Assembly (NCBI GenBank): GCA_976551045.1
Contig: CDPCPM010000050.1
Span: forward strand, 20,398,001-20,462,000
Source: Glaucostegus cemiculus
Lineage: Eukaryota
Length of the DNA stretch: 64,000 nt
Direction of reading: 5' to 3'
How positions within the stretch are numbered: the stretch's first letter is position 1; each line of letters opens with the position of its first letter. Of this stretch, positions 1 to 11,359 are shown in pieces. The translations under genes and the position numbers were made by a program. The notes beneath the pieces are model-generated. The model saw nothing but the letters and a program-made list of their open reading frames with translations. It had not been told where the DNA came from and ran no database searches.

Positions 1-794
1 CACAGGCTGAATCCATTCAACCCATTCTTGTCCACACAGCTGAAAAAGATTTATTGAGGCCATTTCCACTTTCTAGTTCTCATCCGTAACCTTCAGATTA
101 GGTCTCGTCAAGTGCTCAACTATATTGTTTTGTAAGTGTGATAAGGGTTTCTGGCAATGAGTTCCAGGCAGCTGCTGATTTTTTTTCCCTCCTTTCCCCT
201 CCCATCCCTTTACCTTTTCCCTAAATGATACTGTGATGTGTACTGGTGATTTAGCATCATTTTCACACAGCAGACAAGAGTTCAATGGGAACTGCAGCAA
301 GGCTGATTCAGTTAGATTTCTCTTCCAGAAGGGTTGGTGCCTATTCAGGAGTTGGTAATAAGTTGTAATGGAAAAGAAGTTGGCTAACAGTCATTAGAGA
401 TTCAGCAATAGAAGAAAAGAGGTGCAATAATGAAAAAAAGTTCTGGATTGAAGTGCCTGAAAATTAGAGTGTGAAGAAACAGGAGCTTCTGAGGCAAATA
501 AGATGTGGTGAGTTGGTGCTCCAGAGTGTATGTTAAGGCTGCTGCTATTTATTATATACATATGGATTTAGAAACTGAGACAACAATATGAAAAGCATAT
601 ATAGTTTTCCAAGCATGGTCTGGTTATAGTGCCTTAGGAGGCAGGGGGTGGGGGGTATAATATTAAAATTAAAGCTAGGATTTCAGGACCAAAATCAAGA
701 AGCACATTTTTATGCCATGAGGACTTTTTCATGACAGCTCACTCCCAAAAGGCTGCAGAAGCACAGATTCAAATCTGTGATTCAAAGTCAAAAG

Positions 795-1262
795 AGTTGT
801 ACAGCCCAGAAACAGGCCCTTCAACCCACCATATCCATGCCATCCTTATTGCCCATCTATACTAATCTCATTTGACCGCATTAGAGCCATACCCTTCTAT
901 GCCTTGCCAACTTATGTGCCTGTCTAAGTGTCTCTTAAACGTAGTGATTGTTTCTGACTTCACCACCTCTGGCAGTGAGTTCCAAATAGAGACCACTCTC
1001 TGTGTAAAAAAACATGAAAACTCCTTCCTGTCACCTTAAACTAATCCCTCTTGTTTTTGACCTCCCTACCATAGAAAAAGATTCTGTATATCTATATTGT
1101 CAATGCTTCCTAGAATTTTATGTACATTTATAAAGACACACTTCAGCCTCCTTTGCTCCAGGGAAAATAATCCCAGACTATCCAGTCTCTTCCATTAACA
1201 AAAGTCCTCCAATCCAGGCAACATCCTGGTGAATCTGCTCTGCGGCATGACAACGTCCTTCC
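795..1262 (-). mobile_element. CR1-type LINE 3' fragment
   Basis: Reverse-oriented CR1 3' end (cagaaacaggcccttcaacccacc...accactctctgtgtaaaaaa...atccaggcaacatcctggtgaatct), similar to the copies at 21985, 33115 and 53361. Confidence 0.75.
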
Positions 1263-1374
1263 TCTAGCGAGTGATAGTTTTTTTTTTGGTGAAGTTGTTA
1301 TGGAATTAGGAAGAAAAGTAGGTGAACAGAGATGAATGTGGATAAGCCTTGATCTCATTGAATGGCAAAGCGAA

Positions 1375-1715
1375 GGGTAGAACAGTGTTGCAGCAGGTAA
1401 TGCTGCTGCTGCCACACAGCTCTGGTGATCAAAGCTTTATCCTGAACTCTGATGCAGACAGGGTGTGTATTATGCATGTTCTTCCTGTGACCACATGGGT
1501 TTCCCCTGGGTGCTCCGGTTTCTTCCCACCTCACAAAGATGTGCTGGCTGGTGGGTTAGTTGGCCTTTGTAAATTGCCCCCAGTATGGATGGTGGTAGAA
1601 GTGGATGGACATGTGAGAGAGATTACTGGGAAATAATGGTGGAATGGGGTTGGTGAGATTACTCTGAGAGCTGGCATAGGCTCAACAAGCTGAACAGTTT
1701 CCTTCTATATCATGA
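1375..1715 (+). mobile_element. tRNA-derived V-SINE (HE1-like) with CR1-type tail
   Basis: Core tgcatgttcttcctgtgaccacatgggtttcccctgggtgctccggtttcttcccac...caaagatgtg, repeated in other copies in the window. Tail resembles the CR1 3' ends. Confidence 0.75.
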
Positions 1716-1911
1716 AAAATATTTAAGAATATTCAAGATAAGGAGCTACTTCTATTCCTATCATTAGCTAATTTACAAATAAAACAACACAGATTTAATG
1801 AATGTGTGGACTGGAGCAAGATGATTGTTGCCATGAATAAAATAGATGAGAAATGGTAGACAGCTGGTTCTGTACAATTCAGAAATTGTATCAGTCTATA
1901 ACATGTCACAA

Positions 1912-2313
1912 TGTCACATGAAGAGCAAGGTTGCAGGGAACCCAAATGTGGAACCCCAGAACAAGACTGGAGTCAGGATGCTTCCTCAGTACCAAACACA
2001 GAACAATGAACAGAAGGAGTCTTGCCTCAGGATTCTGAGATCCCAACACCAGAAATAGGGTGTTCTAGGAGAAACCAGGGCTGCTCAAGAGTTAACAGCT
2101 CGAAGCAGCTGGGAGATAAAATACACCCAGAGCCAGACCAATAATCTGTCAACCAGTGTTTGTGAAAGCAGGGTTTTTATACTAGTCTCCTGATGGAACT
2201 CAGGTGTGTGTCATTAGGCAAATAGAAGTGCATGGAAACCATGTGCAGCACAACAAGGCACCATCAATGGGGATAAGGGGCAAAACCGAGAACCAGCACT
2301 TGGAACCATGACA
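1912..2313 (-). mobile_element. Probable solo LTR (Gypsy-like), about 400 bp
   Basis: Inverted termini TGTCA...TGACA, TATAAAA on the minus strand (2175-2181), caggtgtg motif. No clear target-site duplication. Confidence 0.5.
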
Positions 2314-3466
2314 GAATGGGATGATTAGATAATGAATAATAACTGGATTAGGAAAATGAACTCAGCTTGATACTTGAAGGTGCATCAATAATGGACATAA
2401 TGGTCCAAACGTTTGTGGCCAGTGGTGAAACAATGTTGTTTGTTGTTGGACTTAAATGAAGCTCCACACAAGGTTCTCTGTGGCACAGACTTGCTCCTTG
2501 CTGATGCCAGTTGCTGTCAGGAGTCAGTTCAATAGGATCCCCAGCATCTGTAGTTCCAATAAACTGGCTGAGCATCCAATCACATTAAATAGTTCACACG
2601 TCACAAACTGGGGAGGAAGAAATCAAATTTTAATTATTTTTAAACATTGTATAGCATCTTAAATAATGGTTGAGCCAGCTACAGGAGATTATGATGGAAG
2701 ATAAAATGTTATAAATATATATTCTAAAAATAAAACTTCCTGATGTTTTAAAATGTTTGTGAAGAAGAATCACAATACAATTAGTATTTTAGAATGTTCA
2801 TTAAGCAGTAATGTGGCTCAAAACAATATTAAATACTCCCTCACACCAAACCAATAGACCTTTAGTGTATTTTGATGCAGGACTATCTTCTCAGTTCGTG
2901 TGATTTCCCTGGATTCTATTGGGAAAGCCTGTGCAGGAAGGCTGAACCATTTTCCTTAACTTTGGCACTTCCTTTTCAACGATACACATGGGAATCTCTG
3001 AACTTCTGTCAGTTTCTCACAAAATAATGATGACTGTTAATGCAAACTTGCCAATAAGAGTAGCAGTAGGGACTTGGTCCCTTGACCCTGCTCACTATTT
3101 AATATGATCATGGCTGATAGATATGCCATTCTGCAAAATTCAGGCCAAAACATCTAAAGACATGAACTTAAGTTGCATCACAGAACATATTTCTTTACTG
3201 AAGAATGATAAACATTTGGGATAATCTAATATTTAAAGTAATGCAGATAAAAAAACATTTGAGGTACTCAAAATAAAATTGAACATTATAACAGGAGAAT
3301 TATTTTTATAGAGTTGAGAATGGGCTTTACTCGGTCTTGTTGGCACATTAGGTATCAGAATGCAGCTACAGCTATAATAATGTTCACAAAACAACTGTGC
3401 ACACAGGTCACAGGTGAGATTTCTTTCTCCCAACACTGATTAAGCCACTGTCTCCTCACTTTTCAG

Positions 3467-3983
3467 AGTGTCCTGAACGGTTCTGGGGCCCAGACTGTAA
3501 GGAGATGTGCCTGTGCCACCCAAATGGGCGCTGTGCAGACGCGACCGGGAAATGCACCTGCAACCCCAATCGTTGGGGGCCAACCTGCAACAAACTCTGC
3601 CTCTGCCACAATGGGAAATGTGACCAGGATACAGGGAAGTGCAAATGCGACCCACACCGGTGGGGCTCCACTTGCTCAAACCTCTGCTACTGCAGTCCCA
3701 ACTCTCAGTGTGATCCAAAAACGGGCAAGTGCATCTGCCAGCCAGGCTGGTGGGGGCGCAGCTGCCACAACCAGTGCCTCTGCAACAGCTCGCCCTGTGA
3801 CCAGATGCAGGGTAGATGCCAGTGCAAGGAGAAGTTCTGGGGACCAAGGTGTGAGCGTTGCCAGTGCATCCATGGGAAATGCAACCCTATCAATGGATCA
3901 TGTGCTTGCTCTCCTGGATACAGAGGAAAGTACTGCACGGAACCCTGTCCAGCCGGATCTTTTGGCCACGGATGCAGAAGAAG
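3467..3983 (+). CDS. SCARF2: SCARF2 large EGF-repeat exon (517 nt; phase 1 in, phase 2 out)
   Basis: Acceptor ctcacttttcag at 3466, donor AG|gtatgc at 3984. Encodes CPERFWGPDCKEMCLCHPNGRC...GSFGHGCRR with repeated C-x-C...WG-x-x-C modules (ORF 3505..4128). Confidence 0.95.
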
Positions 3984-4334
3984 GTATGCTTTCCAGAGTT
4001 TGCTGCGGATTCTGTTGTTTTGGTCAGCTGGGTGCTTGATAGAAGTGGAAAGTCATTACATTTATGGTCTTCAACAAAGGACAGCAGACATAATTTCTCC
4101 TTGTCATATTTTGAGTGAACACGTTTGACCTATCATGTAAGCAGAGTGAAATTAACAATAGTTTGCCATGATCCAAAGCTGAAGGTGCACACTTGAGTAA
4201 TGAGGAACTTAATTTGATAAGGTGGAGCTCACAGGGCCAGTGGAAGAATCCCATGCCCACTGATGGACTAAAGCTCTAGGTCCCATCAATAAGCCTAGCT
4301 AAATAATATCACCCAACAACAACAATTTTATGTG

Positions 4335-5000
4335 TTCATTCAAGGGGTGCATCACTGGCAAGGCCAGCATTTAACTTCCAAACATAATTCCCTTTGAGCC
4401 AACTTCTTAAATGGCTACAGTCTTGTGAGAAAGGTACTCCGTACTGCATTTGGGTTGGGACTGCCAGGATTTTCTTTCAACAAGGATGGAAGGATGGTGA
4501 TATATTTCCAGTTCAGGAAAAAAATTGACTTGGATGGGAAAGTACTGGTGGCAGTGTACCCATGCACCTGCCCTCTGTAATCTCTAGTTACAGAGGTCAC
4601 AAGTTTAGAAGGTGCTGATGATGAACTCTTAGTGAGTGCATCTTGCAGACTGTTTATACACTGTAGCCGTGTCCCGCCACTGCTACAGAGAATGAGTGTT
4701 TAGGTTAATGGATGGGACTTACTTGTTCTGGAAGTTTTTTAGCATCTTGAGTTTTGTTGGAGCTATACTCAGTCTGACAAGTGCTGAGTATTTAATATAC
4801 TCCAGGCTTGGGCTTTATGGATGGTCCAAAAACTCTGCAAGACAGAAGATCGGTCACTCACTGCAAGATATGCAGACTCGAACCACTGGAGTAGCCATAG
4901 GATTTAGGTAGCTGGTTCAATCAAGTTTATGGTCAATGGTGACCCCCTGATTTTCGTAGAAGGGGATTCAATGATATCAATATTGTTGAGTGTTCCAGTC
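4335..5000 (-). mobile_element. 3' fragment of a CR1-group LINE (same family as 43605-46295)
   Basis: Colinear with 43640-44300 (caaggcca...gaggtca...agttt...aggtgctg...agcttcttgag...gatcggaggtgagtca-like blocks). Confidence 0.65.
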
Positions 5001-5708
5001 TAGGTAGTGGATTAACAAGTCTGATGCAGAAGATCAAGTTAGTTTTAATCTTCAATAATTAGATGCATTGTTTTATCTTCACCATCTTATATCGTGTGAT
5101 GACAATTAGTGTACTTCTTCGTGTACTAACTCAAACCAATGAAGCTCAGTTCCCAAGCACTGGACTCTTGGAAGATAAGGGGTTAATTAACTTATGTTGA
5201 CACTTTTTATTCTTGTAAGGATCCAGTGTATTACGAGCGGAATTAGAGGAAGTGTATTTTAGCCTGTCAGTTTGATGTTGCCTGAATGACATCATTGTTC
5301 ACATTCAGATTATCTCTTTGAACATGGCAATGGACAAAGCTCAATGGCCACCAGTTAGGGTGACCTGCAACTCCTCTCCCACAGCCAAATCCATCACTTA
5401 TCAGAAAAATGTTTAAAAGGCTGACTATGTCAGGATATAATAATCAGTAGGAGCATGAAATTTACACATTAAGATGAAAAGTGTTGTCTAATGGGACTGG
5501 ATTTTGAAATTAATAAAGGCTGAATGAGATATAGTACCCCTATACCCTGGGGGAATGCTCTGCTGGGGAAATGCTGGAAGACAGCATAAGAGTAGCATTC
5601 CCATTATACTGCAATGGAAGCACCAGCATAGATCATCCATCCAACTACTGAACAGCTCTGGGAATGTGTGAGATCAAATAAGGCATAAGAGCCAAATGAA
5701 TACAGGGA

Positions 5709-5858
5709 ATGCTAAAAGTCCTCAGCAGGCCAGGCAGCACCTGTGGAGAGAGGAGCAGAGTTAACATTTCAGATTGATGACCTTTTGTCAGAATCTGAGA
5801 TGTTAACTCTGCTTCTCTCTCCACAGTTGCTTCCTGGATCGTTGAGGACTTCCAGCAG
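5709..5858. repeat. Inverted repeat formed by two Penelope-like terminal fragments (35-bp stem)
   Basis: 5741-5775 pairs with 5792-5826 (33 Watson-Crick pairs plus 2 G-T). Weaker complementarity extends to 5709/5858. Confidence 0.9.
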
Positions 5859-6724
5859 TATCTGTCTGCAGCTTTTTGCCTTTCCATTTGCTTGGGCTTA
5901 CAGCTTCTTCCTTCATTGAGGCTGCAAATTTGATTCACCCCAGGCCAACCTGATAGAAGTGAACCCATTAAAATCAACTACTGTGTGCCTGAAGTCATTT
6001 TAAAAGGGGTCATAATGGTGATAAAAGTCACTGATTAGATAATGCTATTCATAAAGTCACAAGACAGACATGGTTGAGTAATGACATTCAGTTTATCCTG
6101 CCTCATACATCCGGAACAGTTCCCTCCCCACAGCACACAGCTGTTCGTTAACTCACTTCAGTGGTTTCAACCAACATTGCCACACCCAAGATTCTCTTCT
6201 CCATGGTTGAATGGTTTTTCTTAATAGATCTAGTCTTCCATCATTTGGAACCTGTGACCCCTTGTAACACCATCATGGCTTAATTTTAGACAAAATATTC
6301 CATATCAAAAGTTGATTACACATCAGATACTAGAGATCTGAAGTTAATAAAACAATTAGTGCTGGAGTTATTCAGCAGGTCAAGCTGCATTTGAAAGCGA
6401 CCTAGAACACTGGCTCTGTTTCTCTCTCCGCAGTCGCTGCCTGGCCTGCTATTTGCAGAATTTTCTAAGTTGATTGCATGCGTCTTGCATGAAGGATAAG
6501 TTCACAGCTGTTGTGGCATCAGCGTGGAGCAGTTTCATTGAGGAACTGGGGCCTAAACTGGCGACTGAACATGACGCAGGAATGAAATGGAGCGGGATAG
6601 GCCTTGTTACCTGTTTTAGCCTCCACAGGATTAATGTTGTTGTGAAACCAAATAAGCAACCTTCCAATGCCAGAACAGAAGGAGCTGATCTTCTTTTCAT
6701 TATGATGAAGATTACAAAGAAGGA

Positions 6725-7410
6725 CAGAAATACTTGCATTTACATGGTATCCTCAGGGAATTGGGATATCTCAGAATGATTCCACACAGACGTGATTCAT
6801 TGGCCAAAAGCATGTTGGAATACCACTAAAGTGATGTGAAAGTCTCTAAAAATTACAAATCCTTTTCTTTCAATGAAAAGGTAGTCACTTTAGGAAACAA
6901 ATGGTCAGGTGGTGCAATAATAGCAACTAAACATTGACCAATTAATCCACTTCAGTGATACTGGTTGAGGGACAAATATTGGCTGGGGCACTGGGCTGAA
7001 CATCCCTAAACATCTTTGAAATGGTTTTGGAAGGTCTCTCACTTTATCGTAGAGAGGAGAACAGGACTTCGGTTTACTGGCTAAGCTGAAAGACAGCACC
7101 TTCATCAGCGTAGCATTCCCAGAATACCAGTGGGAGAACTGGTATGGATCACATGGAGGGTAGCTCTTTAGAAGTATTTAAAGTGGAGGTAGAAACATTT
7201 TTGGAAGATCGGGGGATTGAGGGCTATTGGGGATCTGGCGGAAAAGAGGAATTGAGTCCTGGGGTAGATCAGCCATGATTGAATGGTGGGGCAAGCTTGA
7301 GAGACCAGGCGACCCCTTCCAGCTCCTATTTTCTTGTAAATCACTGGACTGAGACTGGAACCTCTAACCATCTGGCCCAGTGGCAACAGCACCACCAATT
7401 GAGGTACAAT
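6725..7410 (-). mobile_element. Deu-domain SINE (SacSINE1-like) interrupted by a + strand CR1 tail (about 7165-7337)
   Basis: ggttgagggacaaatattggc, cggtttac...gaaagacagcacct (reverse of the Deu core GCCGTCTTTCGGATGAGACGTTAAACCG as I recall it), tRNA-like head at 7350-7405, L2-like tail acttgcattta. Confidence 0.6.
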
Positions 7411-7544
7411 TGACACTAAAGTGAATGCTTGGGAAGAACCTGAGAAGGAAAACTGAATGGAAAATATTACCCACTTGACTTTCTTCATTGAAGCCGGATG
7501 TAAGGTACACACAAACTTAAGTACCTAGAAAACGTAACAAATTG

Positions 7545-7750
7545 CTTTTTTTTTGCTCCAGATTCTAGCATCTGCAGTCTCTTATGTCTCCACTTATAAA
7601 ATATACATTGTTCAGTTCAGATGAAGGATACTAGACTTGAAACATTAATTCTGTTTCTCCTTCCCACAGTTGCTGCCTGACCTGCTGAGTATTTCCAGTA
7701 TTTTCTGTTTTTATTTCAGATTTCCAGCATCTGTACCTTTTTTGATTTCC
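7545..7750 (+). mobile_element. Penelope-like terminal fragment
   Basis: cagttcagatgaagg...gaaacattaa...gctgcctgacctgctgagtatttccag...ttccagcatctg, homologous to the end of the element at 62415-63160. Confidence 0.7.
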
Positions 7751-8269
7751 ATATCTTGTTTGGTGCCCCACTGGTTACCTAGGCAGGGAATACTGACATC
7801 ATCTCCCTCCACACTGACTCCAAGTAAAAGCAAGCTGATTCAATGAAAGGAACTTTATTTCTTGGGCTGATTTATACAAAATAGTTTCAATTCCTTGCTC
7901 TGGTTCACAGTGATGGAACATAATTCAGTTCCATTACACTTACTGCCATTTTTTGTAGATCAATTGGTGTGGTGGAGCACAAAGGCCTCATTAACTTAAT
8001 GCAATAAGAATCACATCTGGGCATTGTGAGAAGCCTTGTAAATATGTTTACAAATTCTTTTGGGAGTTCTAGTGAAGTTATGACCGGCTTCCTCAAGAAT
8101 ATGATTCTGGTTCACAGTGAGTGTTTCATTGTTGGAATAGAGTGTCATTAAGATACAAATTCCAGAGCCTTTTATTCGCTCTAGCTGTCCTACATATCGC
8201 AATATCATGTGCAAAAATCTTGAAAGGGAAACATGGGTTGAATGAGTAACTGAAAAAAGAATCCTGGAT

Positions 8270-8790
8270 CCTGGAATAGAAGCATTGCATACAAAAATGA
8301 AAAGGTTATTTCAACTGCTTTAAAGTACCAGTATGGCTACAACCATGGTATTAAGGATACCACACTGTAGAAAGGTTGTGAAGGCTTTAGTGAAAGCATG
8401 GAAAAGATTTGGTGAAATGGTCCCAGGATGAAGTGATTTCAGTTATGTATGGTATTGGATGTGAAGTTCTCCTCTACATATCAGAAGAGGTTCAGAGGTG
8501 ATTGGATAGAGGTTTTAAAAATCATGAAAGGTCTAAATAATGTGAAAAACGGAGAATCTGTTTCCACTGATGGAAAAACCTAGGCAGAGAGTCGTTGTGA
8601 TCTGGGATTCGCTACCTTAAAAGATGATGAAAGCAGATTCAATCATTGCTTTCAAAGGGCTATTGGGCAGTTATTTGAAAGAGAAAGTAGTGCTGGGCTA
8701 CAGGGAATGAGCTGGAAAGTGGGATTGTGTGCGCTGGGCAGAACAGCCTCAGCAGGCAGAATAGTCTCCTTCTGTGTCATAATGATTCTC
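8270..8790 (+). mobile_element. Old CR1-type LINE 3' fragment
   Basis: Decayed ...ggatagaggttttaaaaatcatgaaaggt (DxIEVxKIMKG-like) and CR1 tail ctccttctgtgtcataatgattct. Confidence 0.6.
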
Positions 8791-8864
8791 CAATTCCAGT
8801 AGATGTTATATATTAACATATCTTATGTGCATACATCCATTTTGCAAAAAAAAATGTACTTGCT

Positions 8865-9280
8865 ATGGACAAAACAGTCTATCTGCTGCCTCACAGCTCC
8901 AGTAACCTGGGTTCAATCCTGACCTCCGATGCTGTCTGTGTGGACTTTGCGCGTTCTCCCTTGCTCTGTATGTTTGTCTCTTCCTATTAGAAATAAAATT
9001 CTGTCGTGTCATGTTAGAGGTAGATAGATTTTTAGATATTAGATTAGATCAGTTTATTGTCACATACACCAGGGTGCAATGGAATTCATGTTGCAGGAAG
9101 GTCACAGAATTAACAGTATACATGGTAATAATAAATACGAACAATAAACACAATTAAGATATTAGGGAATTGAGCAATATGTGGTTAGTGCAGGAAGGTG
9201 GTGCTGAGCTAAACGATCAGCCATTATCAAGCTGACTAGCAGAGGAAGAACAAGGGGCCAAATGGCCTAACTCTGCTTCT
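8865..9280 (+). mobile_element. Composite: V-SINE head (8865-8970), then CR1 tail (9015-9280) with a nested minus-strand tail (about 9040-9160)
   Basis: ctgggttcaatcctgacc B-box and gtgtggactttgcgcgttctccc; CR1 tail gaggtagatagatttttagat...ggggccaaatggcctaactctgct. Confidence 0.55.
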
Positions 9281-9806
9281 TTCTTTTTACATTAAAACTG
9301 TAGGTGGGGTTTGCACATGGAATATCTACTCAAAAGAATGTTATTGTATTATAAACATAAACAGTGCTAGAACAATGAGTCTGTTCCAGCGGTGAAATGT
9401 TCACCATGAACACCCAGTTAAAGTGTCATTTCCCCAGGGTGTGTCAATTGTTAAAGATACCCACTGAGGTATTGAACTGGTTCATGTAACATTCTAACAG
9501 GAGATGAGTCGCTGATTTCTGTTGGAGCTGGGACAGTCTGTAAAGTCACTGAATCACCGGGTGAAGGAAAGAGAAATTTAGAATTGAGCAAACCTTTACT
9601 GTTGGCTTAAATGGATGGCTGGTTGTGGCAACTGTTTGAGCAGTAGATATGATGTGACATGAACAAATAAGATAAATAAAATTAAAACAATTAGATCAAC
9701 GTGGTATTGACAATGAAGATCCGAGTTCCTAAACCCAGTCTGTACCAGGTTACTTAATTGTAACCATTGTGACAATTGGATCACAGTTTGGCTCGGTGCT
9801 GGTGAG

Positions 9807-9862
9807 CAATGGTAGGGAATCTAAGTCAGGATTCCCAATGGTAGGGAATCTAAGTCAGGATT
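9807..9862. repeat. Perfect 27-bp direct duplication (period 29)
   Basis: caatggtagggaatctaagtcaggatt at 9807-9833 and 9836-9862. Confidence 0.95.
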
Positions 9863-11359
9863 TGATGGAAAGTGTAATAATGTGGATGTTACAATTAAGG
9901 ATTTGGCTCAATGGTTATGCCCTCCACAGTTGAAAAGCTCCACCCTGAATCACGGTGATAGAGGTCTGCTGGCACCAGGAAAGATGTTTTCCAGGAAGAA
10001 TTCCCAATTCAGGAGACGAGTGGAGGAAATTGTGAACCAAACAACAAAATCATCCTCTACTAACTTAGTTGAACCACAGTTCTTAATGTAAAACTGGACC
10101 AGCAGACTTTTGTAGATTGTGGGTACTGATTGCAAATACAAGATTAAAATGATCCTGCACAGTTTGCATAAAAGTCTGACAGGGTTCCTGGGGTGAGGGA
10201 TTGGGAGCAGGCAGAGGCCAGGCACGTGACACAGCTGTGAGCACTTTAAAGCAAAAACATGTGGAACTTTTCAAATAAGATCCCAAAATAAGGCAGAGCA
10301 AGATGTAAAACAATCTGGAACACAGTCTAGACAACAGGAAGATCAGATCAAAACATGCAATGAGCAGCAGTTTGTGGGCAGGCGTGCAGAATATTAATGC
10401 AATGAGGCCAGGCATTCGATGGGGTTTGTGAACTGCCCCTTTCCCTCACCCCTCACTCCTGCGCTACCATTTACAGCAATGACAGGGCAGTTTACCACAA
10501 TGATTGCTTGTTTATATGGCAACTGATTTTAATCCCCACGCAAAAACATTAGGTGAGAGTTCAGCATGTAGAAATTTCCAATTCCCATTGGTTTATCTCA
10601 CAGATTGGCATCGTGGAGCACGCATTTGTCACACACGATCATTTTCCTTTAATAATTTCTGACGTGCATGTTGAGCAGAAGTCAAAAGATATAAATGAAC
10701 CACAGTTCTTAACTTGGGCTCTAAGTTATGAGGAAGGACTCAGGGGATGAACTTGTTTACAATATAAAATGGAACTCTGTAAGGCTTAAAGTTCTGTGAG
10801 GAATGCAGGATGTAGGTTTAAGTGAGGACATGTTTTGAACTGTGAGCCTAGAACTCGATGACGCACGTTTAAATTTCACGAGGCTTAAGAAACCAAAGGA
10901 TAAAGTTTTTTTTTGTTCTCTCACAGTGTAGTGTAGAATGTGGAATGGAATCAACAGCTGAAAGCAGTTCTTGCTGTGCCAGCTAACTTTTCCAAATATG
11001 AGGCATGGCGAGGAATTATAGGATGAATGTATTTCTGAGTTAGCTCTGTGGGACAATGGGGTAGGCATTGAGCTGGAGCAGACCACAAGCATCCGGTGAG
11101 CTGCCACACAGCCTTGGTGGATGTCCTGTTACTGTGTGGGCGTTGGGCTCCATTATCACCCACCTTCCTGACTTGGGTGTATATCGCCATCCCTTCTAGG
11201 TCACCTTGGCATTCCCTACCTGAATTTATTGTGAAATGAGCTTCACCCTATGGACCACTGGTGGCCAGGAAGGAAGCCCACCATCAGCTTCTCAAGTCCC
11301 TGTTGGGAAAAATGGCACAAATCCCAAAGAACAGTGAAAGCAAAGTATTTATGATCTCA

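Noticed and set aside
3440-4039. Multiple overlapping ORFs on both strands over the EGF exon
   Set aside because: Shadow frames of a GC-richer, Cys-codon-rich exon.
3984-4128. ORF read-through past the exon donor giving a hydrophobic C-terminus (YAFQSLLRILLFWSAGCL)
   Set aside because: A canonical donor sits at 3984 in phase with the next exon. The extension has no EGF pattern and is ordinary open intron sequence, with no evidence for an isoform.
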